From: Ostrea edulis
Taxonomy: Eukaryota
NCBI RefSeq assembly: GCF_947568905.1
Contig: NC_079169.1
Location: forward strand, 31,000,001-31,064,000
Direction: 5' to 3'
Length of the DNA stretch: 64,000 nucleotides
Both the position numbers and the translations under genes were made by a program. The notes under the pieces are model-generated. The model did not search any database, was not told the DNA's origin, and worked only from the letters and a program-made list of their open reading frames with translations. This document shows, one piece after another, positions 13,586-26,906 of this stretch; positions within the stretch are counted from its first letter, which is position 1, and each line of letters begins with the position of its first letter.

Positions 13586-14168
13586 ACTACTTACAATTTC
13601 TTTTGGCTTCCATTATCAGTAACAAGTGCACTGTATAGAACTGACAGTGTATCAGTGTCACGAGAGCACGGTGGACAAGTCCCCCTTTTTGACAAGATGT
13701 AGACCAACATCATTTAATATCAGGGTGTTATCAAATGAGCAAACATTGTGTTGTGTTGTTGTTATCATCATGCATCAGCTGATTGTGGCTTACTGTAATC
13801 TTACCTTATTATACAAGAGAGTGAATAAAGCAAGAGAGACAACTCTTACACCATTTCCAGTACAATGCAGTAAACAAAGCAGAAAAATGCTTTGTCATTT
13901 TAAAGACATAAATGAATTTGGAACACTACAATTCTAGTTTCTAAAAATTGGTGAGAAGGGAAACTCTTTCACATCACTAATCTCAAATGATAAAAAATGA
14001 GTATATCTAATTTATTAAATAATCAAGCAAATTTTTCATTCATCAACTTTAACATAAAAGATACAAAAAAGTTCTTGTAAATGTTTCCACTAATAGATGA
14101 TATAGCATAGAATGTACAGTACAATGAGTTGCTAATTTTACATTTAACACTGTTACTACACATCACAG

Positions 14169-17100
14169 TCAATTCAAAATGTCTTTTACAATCATAGTAA
14201 CTGAACTATCAAGTGGTTTAGACAAAAGTAAACTTTTCCATTCTTTTATGTCTCTCTGGATCTCTGAATCTTCCTCTAAAATCAATGTAAAAAAATCAAT
14301 TAAAAAATAATATGGGAGTTTTTCCATGATGAAAATAAATCATAACTACACAAAATAAATTCCATGGAAATATAATATAGGAAAGTTTTTGAAGGTTTTT
14401 AATTTGTTAATATTATTTCAATGTTCAACATAAATGTAAAGACTTTAAGTAAAAGCACAGGAGCAAAATTCATGAGAGATCAAGTTAAGATACAGTGTAT
14501 CATAACGATACCAAAGACGGTGGTGATCAGTGTCCTAACAAGCCCCCCCCCCCCCAATCAGTACCTATGATTCAAACTGATTGGACAGGAAGAAGCTCTG
14601 CCTCCTTACCTGAACAGCAACTTCCTGGAAGTGGTAGTTTTATACAGTAAAAGGTCTACTTTCCTGGTGTATCAAAATTTATTGTTATTTAAACAATTAA
14701 AGGAAAACATACAGGACCAGGATGCAATAAAGCCTGAACAAACTACTTCATAAATTTTATGATGTATTTTGAGTAGAGTCCCACTGTCCTGAATGATTTA
14801 GAAATATACTTGTACAGCGCTTTGTGGAGTGTTGCCTCTCGTGTAACGGAAACATAGAAGAACATGCTAATGACCTACCTATCTGAACTCTGTCTGGCAG
14901 TACATTCATTAATCCGAACACCAGTTTAAGTCTGTAAAGCTGTCTGGAATTCTCCAACTTGATTTCGGTATAATCGTAACTTGAGGTGTTCTGTACATCA
15001 CACGACAAACCACTCTTCTTAATAAATTTCTACAGAAAGACAAAATGGCCATACACTTATACCCATACATATGTAAAATTAATTAAACTGCTCAAAGGAA
15101 TATGTATTGTGGCATATTAAAGCCCTTTCTCTAACAGTTCTAGCCATGGTGTGAGAGACAGAAAGACAAAGCTCCTATGCTTTGCAGGTGTCAGTCAGAA
15201 AAACACTACGTTTTTTTTTTAATGCTTTATTTCATTTTCTGTGCATATTTAACTACATTAACAAAAGAGCCGAACTGATTGAATGATGTAAACATTTATT
15301 TTACAGGGATTAAAATTAACAGCCACCTACTCATCCAATCTGGCAGTCCTGTTTTTCTGTTTTGTAATGTTTATTGTCTTACACAAATGAATTTACGAAC
15401 AAAGCTTATAACTGCGACATTTGTTGTGGTAACACTGGCTGTTAAGATTAGCCTGACTGCAGGTCTAATGCTATCGTATGAAACTTCGTCCATGCCTATG
15501 TGAGAAATATTTATGAACATGGTTAATATCTATCTAACAACACACGTCTTCTTCACATGTTACACTCACCAATGTTGGGACCAGTTGTAAATATTTTTCC
15601 AAACTCAAAAAAATTAAAATGACCTATTTCAATTAATATTAAAAAATATATCAATCATAGAATTGAGTCAAAATAAGTGATAGATAATTTACACAACTCA
15701 ATCATTATACCAATTATATAGTCATTACATTTGTCTAACCTTACAAAACTCCTTAGTTGAAATTTCAAAATTGAAGATTTACTGGTGGTTAGGATTAATG
15801 ATAATTCACTTAACTGAGATCAATGTGAGTATAGCTGATAATAATATCATAGTGAAAGTGTGAGTAGTCACAGATTTCTGACAACATTATCATTGAGAAA
15901 TTAAATAATCAGGCCTATAATGTGTCAATATAAAAACCAAGTTTTGCACCTCAAAAAAAGTTCACTTACCATGTATATTTCAAAAGTTTAAATATTACAA
16001 TTTGGGACTCAACAATAATGAGGGGATGTACAGCAGCGTTGTGATTCCTGAATTAGTGCTCTGACATGGCCACATGCTAAGTTTTGTTTAACAGTCTTCT
16101 AAAGACAAATTTCATCTAGTAAGGATGCTTTGTGCCAAGTTTACTTCCCTATGCATTCGCAAGTAACACTTTGATCCCCTATTGTGGCCCCACCCTAATT
16201 CCAGGGGTCATGAGTTTTGCAAACTTGAATCTCCACTTTGTTAGGATTGATTGATTGATGTTTTCCGCCACACTCAACAATTTTTCAGTTATCTGGTGGC
16301 ACTCAGTTTTTATTGGTAGAAGGGAGAACCCAGATACAATGTACCTGGGATGAGACCACTGACCTTCTGAAAGTAAACTGGGAAACTTTCTCACTTACTG
16401 GCGCGAGCGGGATTCGAACCTGCGTCGACAGAGGTGAGAGGCCATGTGATTTTGAGCGTGATGGCTCTAGCCACTCACTATGTCAGGAAGCTTTCATGTA
16501 AATTTCAGCTTTTCTGGCCTAGTGGTCCTTGAAAAGAAGATTTTTAAACAGGGATCGACACTAACGGTTGTCCGATTGCTCGAGGCAAGTGAAAACCCAG
16601 TTCGGACAAGTGAAACTCAATACACACTTGCCCAATGGGGCAAGTGATTATTTTAGTAGGAAATGTCATTATCATAATAATTGTGTTAAGCTTGGATGAT
16701 TATCAAATATTAGAAAGTAAATTCCAACTCCGTATTACTCAATCATCAGTTTATTTTTAATACTACAACTACTACTAGTGAAGATCGTAACATATCTTAT
16801 CCTATCAGTAAGTCGTTCCAAATAACATAAACTATCAGACATACCACTTATCTTAGTCACATTTGTGAGAAAATGGCAGCTTCACAACTGTCTCTCAAAG
16901 TATTTTAGTGAGGTAAACGCTCAGAGAGAAGATGATAAGAGAAAAGGCAATGTTAGAAAATAAAAATAAATCCAAATTAAAAAGAAAACGTGAGATTTAG
17001 GCGGCATGACAATCCCAATTTTGAGGTTTAATCAACACCCCGGCACTGAGCAGTATGATATGTGTCATGTGTCAGAAATTCATGCAGCGCAACACCTGCT

Positions 17101-20100
17101 ATCGCTGGTAATTTGTATTTTTTTTTACCGGTTATATAATTTACAGAATTTCTATCATCCATGAATATTTCATTGAGTTATACAATAAAAACTGATTTGT
17201 TACACTTTTGAAAACTTATTTTAAAAATTGAAATAATACATTGAGCATTTGAATCAAATACATGTATCAAAACTTTGCCTCATGTTACGTCCCTTGTTTG
17301 TTCTTTTGCGGTGAAAAGATCTATTTTCCTACAATAAACATTGTAATTTTCTTATTTATAACTGTCAATGAATTTTTTCATCAATTTCATTCACCTACAA
17401 TATTGCAACTTGTATGGCATAATTCACAGGTATAACCTCTTACACTGGAGAAAAAAAAAAAAGAAGGGAAAATTATTTTAAAGAAGTGAAAACTTAACTA
17501 TTCATCGGTTGACACAGAGAGAGCTAATTAAAATTACTGGTTGATAAGCACATTAGAGTCTAAAAAATTTCAGACAATTAAGCAAGTGAACGTTCAAGTT
17601 TACTTGCCCAAAGGGCAAGTGAGATAAAAAGTTAACGTCTATCCCTGTTAAATGACACCACCCTAGTTTTGCATTTTTGTGATTATCTCCCCTTGGAAGG
17701 GGGCATGGCCCTTCATTCGAACAATTTGAATCCCCTTCACCAAAGAATAATTTGTACCAAGTTTGGTAGAAAGTGGCCCAATGGTTCTGAAGAAGAAAAT
17801 GAAAATGTGACAAGTTTACACCAACGACAGACAACGCACAAATTTTTATCAGAAAAGCACACTTGAGCCTTCGGCTCAGGTCCTGAGCTAAAAATGCCCA
17901 AACTGGAGGGGGGACATCAAATAAAACTTTACCTTAATCCTCACAAGTTCTTCCCTTTTAAACACATATGCCTGCAGGTAGGTGTTAATGAGAGACAGAA
18001 AAGATGCAATATCACCAGTTGCCAAATGCTCTCTTTCTAACTGAAGTGTGGGGATGAATTCTGGCAGTGAATGACGATGTATAACATAACTTCTATCTCT
18101 CTCCTTCAACTCTATATGGTAAGATTCTAAAATCGTGTCATAATATGATGCATCCAAACACACCGTAAACTGGTTCCTATCCTCATAGCACACGTGCATA
18201 CCTGAAATAATAATTCAAAAAACAAACAAAAAATACTTAAGGAGGTGTACTACATTGTCATAATGGCTGACTTCCTTTAAAAACATGGATGAAAATATAA
18301 ATATCAGCAATATTTGTCTATTCCTTTTCAATTTAAGGTATCCAATGTATAATGAACAATTTTGAAGGATTTAAATTGACATAAATTATGTTTATTGTTA
18401 AATAATGATGAAAGTGATGTAGATGAAATTCACATGACAGTTAAATGATTTTAAAAATCCAACCTTTTTTGCACTTGAGACTTTTTTGAAGAGTTATCAG
18501 CCCTTTGTAAAAATAAGAAAAATCTAATTTTCTAAATATGTGTGGTAAATGATTACTTTTATTTCATATTTTGATAAAGAAAAAATGTATTTAACTTTCT
18601 ACAAAGGGATTTAAATGAAAATAAAATTTCTTTTTAAAATATTTTAATAAAACATGATCTTTCCAAAGACTTCAATGTTAAATTCTTGGAGAAATAAATC
18701 AAGCTGCAAACAAAATTTTGAAAATTCCTATGGTGGATTATTTTTTATTTGATGAACCCTTCAAAATGATACCGCGATTACCTAAATCTCACCATCCATT
18801 TAACAGATAAGAAATATGGTCATTATACTTTTGAATACTTTATATGTAAATCCCTTGCTAGCTACAGAGCTCAGTAGATTAGCGTGTCTACAGCTGAACT
18901 GTAGATGTGTCAACAGCTGAACTGTAGATCACGGTTTCGAGTCCAGCAGGGTTTTAAAAAATTTTTTTTTTCCAGATTGCTTTTAACTAAAACTACATTT
19001 TTAGACCAAATAAAGTGAATTTGAAAGTTTTCAATTTCAAAACAATGAAATTTGGACTCTAAGAGAATCCTTTTTGCAAACAAAGCACTGTTTTTTATCA
19101 TTCTGGGATAGATCACAAAAAATTCATATAAAATACTTGAGAGCTTGTATCACTATTTTGATGGTGAGATCATACTACATAAGAGGTGTTTTGACGAGCC
19201 ATTAGATAAAATTTTAGTTTAATGACCTACCTTAAAAAAGATGTTATCAAAGATAATTCTAGTCAACTTTACGTAGAACTAAGGACCTTCAGATAAATCA
19301 AATGAGTTTAAAAAGAATCAAGGAATCTGAAAATATCCTACACCTCTACTGGTTACTTTGTAATTATCACACACATACTTGTCATTATAGTGGTTTGACA
19401 TACAAGTGGAGGCATGAAGACGAAGCATTTTATGCTACTTTGAAGCATTCTCACCTGTGACTCGATATAAACTCAGCAAGTCTTCTAAATACTGGTGTCT
19501 CTCACTAAGCTCTTCACTTCTGGGCTTTGACTTTTGATCCCTGACCTCTGCTTCAATTTCTTCTTCTAATTGCTTCTAAAAAGGATAAAGGCATGTTTTG
19601 TTGTTAATAAATATTCAAATCAATTAACATATTCATCTAAACAATACTCATAAATACATTATTAAATAACCATCAAATCAATGTATCGTTTTTTTATACT
19701 GTGGATTTCACAGCGTGTGATCCGGTTTTCCGGATCACCACAATATGGTTTTCTGATTCTGTATCAGTATCCTCTGAAACTGATAATGTCACAATGCATC
19801 ACCGCAACATTTTTTGTGGAAAATATTGACCATGTCACAAACAAAACTGCATACACAAAATACAATTTCACTGTATGTCTGAGTTTTTGGTAATTTGGAT
19901 TATATTTATTATCTTATAAATGTGGATTCAAAATGCATAAGGGGGTATATAATAAATTTATCATTACTACAGTAACTTGATCCGGAGAGTTGGATCACAT
20001 CTCGTTGACAGGCACGGATCATCAGATCAAACTCGACCTTTCACGTCTTGTGTGATCTGATGATCAGCGCCTGTCAACTCGACGTGATCCGACTTTTTGG

Positions 20101-23066
20101 ATCAAGTTACTGTAGTAATAATATATATATATATGAAATTGAACACTAATACAATGGAGAATGCTAACCCGAGTTGCACAATTTTAATAAACCCTATTGT
20201 GACCCTGTTTTTAACACTTCACCAGTATGTTTATAACTAATAAATTTGACAAACTGTGCCTTTGAAATTATTCAAGTTTTTATAGCGAGCGAAGCAACGT
20301 GACGAGCTCGCTCCAATGATTACACATGAGTCGCGTGATTTGCTCTTCATCAGCTGAAAAAAGATGAGTATTACCCATAATGCTTCTGGAAAAATGTCGC
20401 CGTCACTGCGGTATACTTCCTGGACAAACCCATAATTAAAATAATTAGATTGTTTAGAAAGTACCATAAACGTTTTTAAATTCCAGACAAGATTTCTTAT
20501 AGCTTCAAACATTTTGTTTTTGCTTGGTTTCAGAGAAGAAGAAAAAACATTGCAGCTAATATGACGTCACAATGTAACTGTTTACATCCACCTTGTTATG
20601 TTACCCGCGTTAAATGAGGAGGCGAATAAAATGTCTATTAGTCATGTTGCAAGATGTTTATGGGCTTTGCTCGTCTCAACGGTCACACCGTACAACATAT
20701 TATATAATTACTGGATGCATACAATTATATAATATTGACAATGTCATGATCAATATAATTTTTAGATTGATGATACTTTTATACCAACCAAAAGAAAATA
20801 CATGATATCACAAAGCTAAATTATGATATTTACATTCAACATAGTTCTTCTCAACTCTAGTTTTCAATTTATAAGTCAATGATGCATAAATCAGTTGGCA
20901 GTGCTTGGCATTATGCCATACCATGATTTGCGTGTCCATTGTTAAAACTTGGAAAACCACTGATGTTAAAAACGATGTACAACTGTGTTCATGACATACA
21001 TCTAAATGACTGTAAGACAGCTTATGGATGCTTGTTTAGAAATCCATTCCTTTAGAAATAATCAAATTGCTAAATATTTTGGAATAACACTTGTAACAGT
21101 ATTTCACATAACTACATTTTCTATTTTCCTTTGCCTTAAAATACGGGTTACGGAACTAAAAATTTTTGGAACTCTTCAGAAAAAGAAGTTACGAAAATTA
21201 AGCATCACTTGGACAATTATTGTATACAAAATAGTGAGGGCTAAAGACGACTCATTTCTGATACAAAAATATTTACCTGGTTTGTAAGTTATTTTGCAGA
21301 ATGTTGTAGGTGAATGTCCTAGTACCAAAAACATGAGTTATTATACTAAATTTCTGATGTTTAAAAGCGAAGATGAAAAAAAAATTATTTCCTCTATGTA
21401 CGTATATCAAGGCTCGAAATTAACATATGTCCGTCAGTCTGTGACTGGTTAAAAGTATGGCGGACTGATTGACATTTGTTTTAGTCAGTCCAATGGGACT
21501 GGTTAATTTTCTCAAGGATCATTTTGGAAAATATGCTTATGAAATTGTATACACACATTTGAAATACTTCGATCTGTAGATATCAGACGAATCTGATTCG
21601 TAAATATAAATCCCACATTTAAGTGTTATAATATTGTCTGAGGCATATTGAGTTCAATTTTATTTTAATAATATTAACAACATATGTTTAAATTTATTTC
21701 TGGAAAACTCTGTTGGACTGGTAAAATTTTCTGCGGACAGGTTGAAATTATACCCCATCAGTCCGACTGGACTGGTGACATAAAAAGTTAGCTTCAAGGC
21801 ATGTATATGGATATTTACTTAATGAGATTTATTTTCTCGATTCATTAAAACAACCATCCGCAATAAAATGATATAAATAATCACATTTCATGCATCGATC
21901 CCCAGAGCTCAACATGAAGCCCCCTCTCCCTCACTTCTACTACACCTAACACACACATCCCCCCCCCTTGACATGAGACGTACTTACCGTGTTATTATCA
22001 TATACAATGTTAGTACATGCAAAGATCGATTTATTAGCTGGTCACTTGTTATAATGGTGATAAGAGGTAGCAGAAATGCAAGCATTGAACTCGTACATGT
22101 ACTGAAGAATACCCCCCCCCCCCCTCCCTATTCAGTATTGAGTTTACGATTTTGGGGTTTGGGCAGAATTGCTTTTCTTGCTAAAAAAAAAATTCTTCAT
22201 ATATAATGACACATTTATTCTCTGTTTGCTCCCCAGCCCTCAACTTTCAAAATCGATGCTTAACTGTCCCTTAACTCACTATATCTGATAATAATTAGTA
22301 ATAACTAGGTGCTTGTCTATTGGAAGTTGCCCAAGTTAACGCAGAAAACGTTATCTCGTTGGGCATACTAAATATTAAAACCATGACGGAATCGGAGACG
22401 AAATAATGGTTCCGATATTCCGTATTTAGGCTAAATGTGAAATCACTTGTACATTAAAATATTTCTAGTTTTATCAGTAAATTAACGACCCACTGAACTG
22501 ATAATGGATTGTTTTCATAACAGTTATACTGAAGTACTCTACATCATTTGTTGCCACTCTCAGTTGTTAAATTTCTGTAATCATGCAAGTATATAGGTGT
22601 CTTTTAACCAGTGAGTTACTCACATGGGATATTTTTATTACTTGTTTTTACGCATAGCTCATGGCTTGGTCAATCAAGTGAATATTTTTGACTTCATTGA
22701 TAAAATTTCAAACTCCTACATGGTAGGGCGTTCACTGATTCAGGGGACCTAGAAAATCAAATTCAAGAGATGACGCTCCAACGGCAGATACGGAACCCAC
22801 TGAATATTATATACCTCAGTTCTCTCTAAATGGTCAAGCTTTGTTTGGAGTTTGTCCCTGCTAGATTTGAGGTGTATCCATTTCTGATGCAAATCCTGGT
22901 CATTTTTCGTGCCTTCAACGTTTTCCTTTTCCAACTTCTCAAGAAAACCAAAACAATCTACAACGCAAAATCATAAATGCAACCCAGTTTACCTCGCTAT
23001 TTACTTATTTAACCCAACTAAGTACTTAGTGTCGTTAAATTCCTGGTCCTATCACATACCTGTCAT
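14169..23066 (-). CDS. CENPO: Centromere protein O, ~265 aa; exons 23066-23060, 22957-22815, 19575-19455, 18201-17933, 15029-14879, 14275-14169
   Basis: All introns are GT-AG and phase-compatible, giving 798 nt = 265 aa + TGA. Exon 4 (FTVCLDASYYDTILESYHIEL...IHRHSLPEFIP...FLSLINTYLQAY) matches my recollection of the CENP-O core (VCISTAFEGNLLDSYFVDL...IHHHSVPVFIP...FLFSLCEYLNAY). The N-terminal coiled coil and C-terminal LP.V / SKPL motifs also fit. The 7-nt first exon is less certain. Confidence 0.85.
16245..16478 (-). mobile_element. tRNA-derived SINE (family A), 5'-clipped
   Basis: Minus strand shows A-box-like gagtggctagagc, B-box ggttcgaatcc and an (atca)n tail; homologous to 31035-31282. 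Confidence 0.85.
16549..17647. mobile_element. Non-autonomous TIR DNA transposon with 5-bp TSD (TTAAA)
   Basis: TIRs CAGGGATCGACACTAAC and revcomp CAGGGATAGACGTTAAC. TTAAA lies at 16544-48 and 17648-52; removing the element restores the HINE motif gatttttaaatgac. Confidence 0.8.
18241..19231. mobile_element. TTAA-flanked Kolobok-like non-autonomous element carrying a nested MITE; homologous inverted fragment at 25375-25601
   Basis: ttaa|ggaggtgtac ... ctacc|ttaa. Shares ggaggtgtact, atcagcaatatttgt and ttcgagtccagca with the reverse complement of 25375-25601. Confidence 0.45.
18337..18839. mobile_element. ~510-bp Kolobok-like MITE (copy 1 of 3)
   Basis: ttaa|GGTATCCAATGTATAATGA...TCATTATACTTTTGAATAC; homologous along its length to 55447-55953 and 60680-61186. 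Confidence 0.75.
19963..20119. mobile_element. Palindromic MITE (~157 bp), probably TA-flanked
   Basis: attactacagtaacttgatcc...ggatcaagttactgtagtaat, with inner arms gttgacaggc/gcctgtcaac and gatcatcagatca/tgatctgatgatc. Confidence 0.75.
21408..21803. mobile_element. Non-autonomous TIR element with 5-bp TSD (TATAT)
   Basis: TIRs CAAGGCTCGAAATTAAC and revcomp CATGCCTTGAAGCTAAC; TATAT at 21403-07 and 21804-08; internal ggactgg subrepeats. Confidence 0.7.
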
Positions 23067-23519
23067 TTTCAAGATTTCGCGCTTTTATTCAGTATCAAAC
23101 ACTTTGTTCTATGACATATTCGTAAAGTAAGTCGTACGAAAAAATGCATCTCATGTAATGCAATATCAAATCATATTGTACATATAAATACATGTACTTG
23201 TGTTGTCACAATCATTTAATGGGTCTCATTTACCAGGAATTTTTAAGCAAAAATTGGGGGGAATACCTGCTTTTTAGCATTGGGAATGGGGCCTTATTTC
23301 GACCCCCCTATAGACCCTAAAATAACCTCTGGCAGCAGTTCCTAGCAATAAACAAGCTTTTAAAAGCAAAACGATCATTATATACAAACAGCTTGGTTCA
23401 GAAAAAAAAACTTTTCAAAGGTAACGACTAGAAATTCATTAATTATCAAACTTAATTATTAAACTTGACTTCAAATTCATTAATTATGAATATGCCCCTG
23501 CACAGGTATGGTCTTTTGA

Positions 23520-23999
23520 ACAGTCATATTAAAAAATTTCATCTACTTAATGATGCTTTGTGCCAAGTGTGGTTCCATATACATTCACATGCAAAACTTT
23601 GATCCCCTATTGTAGCTCCTTCCGAATCCCAGGGGTCATGAGTTCTCAACTTTGTCAGGAAGCTTTTCTGGCCCAGTGGTTTAAATCACACCACTCTATT
23701 TTTGCATTTTTGTGATTATCTCCCCTTTGAAGGGGGACGTGGCTCTTCATTTGAACAAAATTGAATCCCCTTCATCCAAGGATAATTTGTTCCAAGTTTG
23801 ATTGAAATTGTACCAGTGGTTCTGGAAAAGAAGATTTTCCTGTATATCTGCATGGCCGGAAAACTTTGATCCCCTATTGTGGTTCCACCCTACCCCTGGG
23901 GGCCATGATCTGAACAAATTTGAGTCTCTTCTATATCAGGAAGCTTTTAGGTAAATCACCACTCTTCTGGCCCAGTGGTTCTTGAGGAGATTTTTAAAG

Positions 24000-24059
<60 letters not shown>

Positions 24060-24480
24060 CCAAATAGAAAGAGTTGATATCACACAGTCAAAATAATTCA
24101 ATAAAAAAGCAGGAAAATATACAGTTCCAAAATATATTTAAATCACTACCGCTCATGAGGATGGATTTTAAAATCCAGAAAGCGCTAGTGATTTAAATAT
24201 ATTTTGGAACTGTATATTTTCCTGCTTTTTTATTGAATTATATATAGATCTATATATATATATTCGCATGTATAACTTATACAGGAGTCATGATCTAAAC
24301 AAACTTGAATCTACACTATATCAGGAACCTTTCATGTGTTTCTCAGCTTTTCTTGCCCAGTGGTTTTTTGTTGGTTTTTTATTTGGTTGTTTTTTGTTGG
24401 TTTTTTTTGGGTTGTTTTTTTTTTTTTTTTTTAGATAGGGTGGTGTCATTTGAAAAAAAAAGAGTTTTAAATGGCACAAC
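23520..24480 (+). repeat. Degenerate Cg170-like satellite/HINE array with (TA)n microsatellite at ~24001-24057
   Basis: Same monomer motifs as the other HINE copies. Confidence 0.7.
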
Positions 24481-24669
24481 CCTATTTTTGCATACAAAAA
24501 AAAAAATACATTTCATGTAATGCAATATTATACATATAAAATAAATGTACATGTATTGTCACAATCCTTTAAGGGATTCCATTTACCAGGATAATTGATC
24601 ATTTAAAAGGTTCGGAAGTAAGAATGTTTGTTCAACGGCCGATCTTGTCTCACTACACTACATTTTTAA

Positions 24670-25300
24670 GGAGGCATGACACTACCAGAGAAATATGGGC
24701 GAAAATTACCCTCACAACGCCAGGAGTTGTGGTATGACGGCCATGAGTCACTCAGTGGACCCAGGACTCCTGATATTGTGAGGATGGGGGGAGGGGAGTG
24801 GAGGAAAATTTCGAAAGGACCAGTAGTTATCAAGATATTGTACACAACGATAGTTTGTCCAACACTTGAGTACAGCAATGCACCTCGGATACAACAGTTT
24901 GCATACGATATCAAGTTAGAAATTAGGTACAGAGACCAGTAACGAAGCTTTGCATGCAACGGCATCAGAAATCATTCCTATGAAGAAAGGCTGCAACGTC
25001 TTAAGCTACCTTCCATGCAATATACAGAAGGGCGATATGATTCAAGTGGACAAGATCTTGACTTGGAAAGACACAGTTGACAACAAGAAGCTGCAGCCAA
25101 TGTCCAATACAAGCAAAACCAGAGGACACAGAATTAAGCTGTTAAAAGCCAGAACGTCAGGTCAGAAAGTGCTCGTTTGCGATGGGAGTCGTCAACGATT
25201 GGAATCGAATGCCTGACTCGGTCGTGAGTGTGAAGGACTTGAACGATTTTAAGACCAATCTTGACAAGTGCTGGAATACGAGCAGTATCTGACCAGACCC
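24670..25300 (+). mobile_element. Degenerate 3' fragment of a CR1/L2-clade LINE (RT C-terminus)
   Basis: Frameshifted peptides LYTTIVCPTLEYS, GDMIQVDKIL, KTRGHRIKL and VNDWNRMPDSVV are typical of the CR1 ORF2 end. Confidence 0.75.
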
Positions 25301-26906
25301 ACGCATGCGGTAATGTGTACACGAAGAACAGGCTGCCTAGCGTTTTTCGTGTAGAAGAAGTATCCTGCAGGAATAGTAAACTTTCAACTTACTCCATTTA
25401 GTCAAAAAATGAAGTTTTTGTAGAAAGTAATCTTTAAAAAAAGATTAAACCCTTGCTGGACTCGAACCCGCGATCCACAGATCAGGAATGGACACGCTAA
25501 ACGACTTGGGCTACCTAATTATAGGCAAAGTAGTATACAAATATTGCTGACATTGATATTAAAAGGACGTCAGTCATTATTACGATGTACAGTACACCTC
25601 CTTGAAGAGGATGCCTGTGAAAGACTCTCTACAATAATAGAAGTTGCAAGTTTTGTTATTTTGGATATTTAACAATTCTGGTGAAATTAATTTAAATGTT
25701 CATAGTCATAGTTAAACTTGCTTCTAAATTGGATTTCAGCAATATTTGGACTCAGGACAATTAACTTACTGGTTGGTTGTCAGAAAACAGCTGTAGAGAT
25801 CATTTATTGGATTCCTTATCCAATAATTCTATAAATAAATTACCCCTGTAAGAATCGACATATATGAAATGATCAGACGTTTGTACGTGAGGCGAAAGTC
25901 CGGCCGGTTTCAGGCGTTGGCATGATAAAGAACCCCCTGGCTTTATTTTACAGCTCTGAAGTCAGAAGTCAAAGCTGGTCTTTCTATATAAGTGAAAATT
26001 TCTCGAATGGGACGCAAAACAACAAAGATAAACAAAACACTCCTGTTGGGTTAATCTTGCAGGTTGTCAATTTACGCCCTAGACGTTATAAATACATCCC
26101 AATAAATGATTCTGTATCAAGGTCAAATCTCCGCCGGTTGGTCAGAATTCTTTCTCACGTTGATGGAGTATCAGCATTACGTCTTTGCTGGTACTGGAAA
26201 ATGATTGTGTGTTTGATACTAGGTACCCATCATTCCAAACGAAAGTATAATTCAAAGCTGATGACTTTCGAAATATGACCACACCACTGTAAAGCAACAT
26301 TAAAAGAGCATGTACAACTAAAACAAACAATATTTTCCTCTGTAATATTTCATAGGGTTTATTGTTTTCTGAGACAATTTGGCTTGACGTAAAAATGTAC
26401 AGTATTTATTGCCTTGATGCAACGTTCACCAAACATTTATAAAACATGGTACCAAAATTTCACCAATTGGCACGCTTGAACAATTGGACCAATTGTCAGT
26501 ATAGGGCCAATGCATCGTTGCAAACCACACACGCTTCCTCAAACATCGATGAAAAGCATCCGTGGGTAACCGATAATGGGACCATTTTGCTTGCCAACAT
26601 TGGACAGATGATATTTAAAGCGAGCATCACTGGATCCATGCTGGTCCAATGAAGGTCTGCTGTCTGATAACTTTAGGGGTTGACGTGAGCCCCATATCAT
26701 CGACTCAAACAGAATGTATCAGTGTATATTCAGGGTGTTATTACTGCGCTTATCGTGTATTCATCGGAAGCAAACACAACCAAGGCCATTCGTTAGTCAT
26801 TTGCTTCATGGATTGAAAATTAGATGAAACAACCCCGGTACTCCTCAGAATGTAATGGTACATATTCTCCGGAATGTAAATGTGCACATGTAATTCATGA
26901 GATCAA

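Larger units (their letters stand above)
16110..17893 (+). mobile_element. Helentron-type non-autonomous element (HINE) with Cg170-like satellite monomers, interrupted by a SINE and a TIR element
   Basis: Monomer motifs ttgatcccctattgtggcccc and aacttgaatct...tcaggaagctttcatgtaaat; 3' end with gacagacaac and a gcacacttgagcc...ctcagg...gagctaaaaa hairpin. Confidence 0.75.

Noticed and set aside
14757-14878. ORF-track C-terminus GRSLACSS... for CENPO
   Set aside because: It is intron read-through; the GT donor at 14878 and the exon at 14275-14169 give a better CENP-O-like ending.
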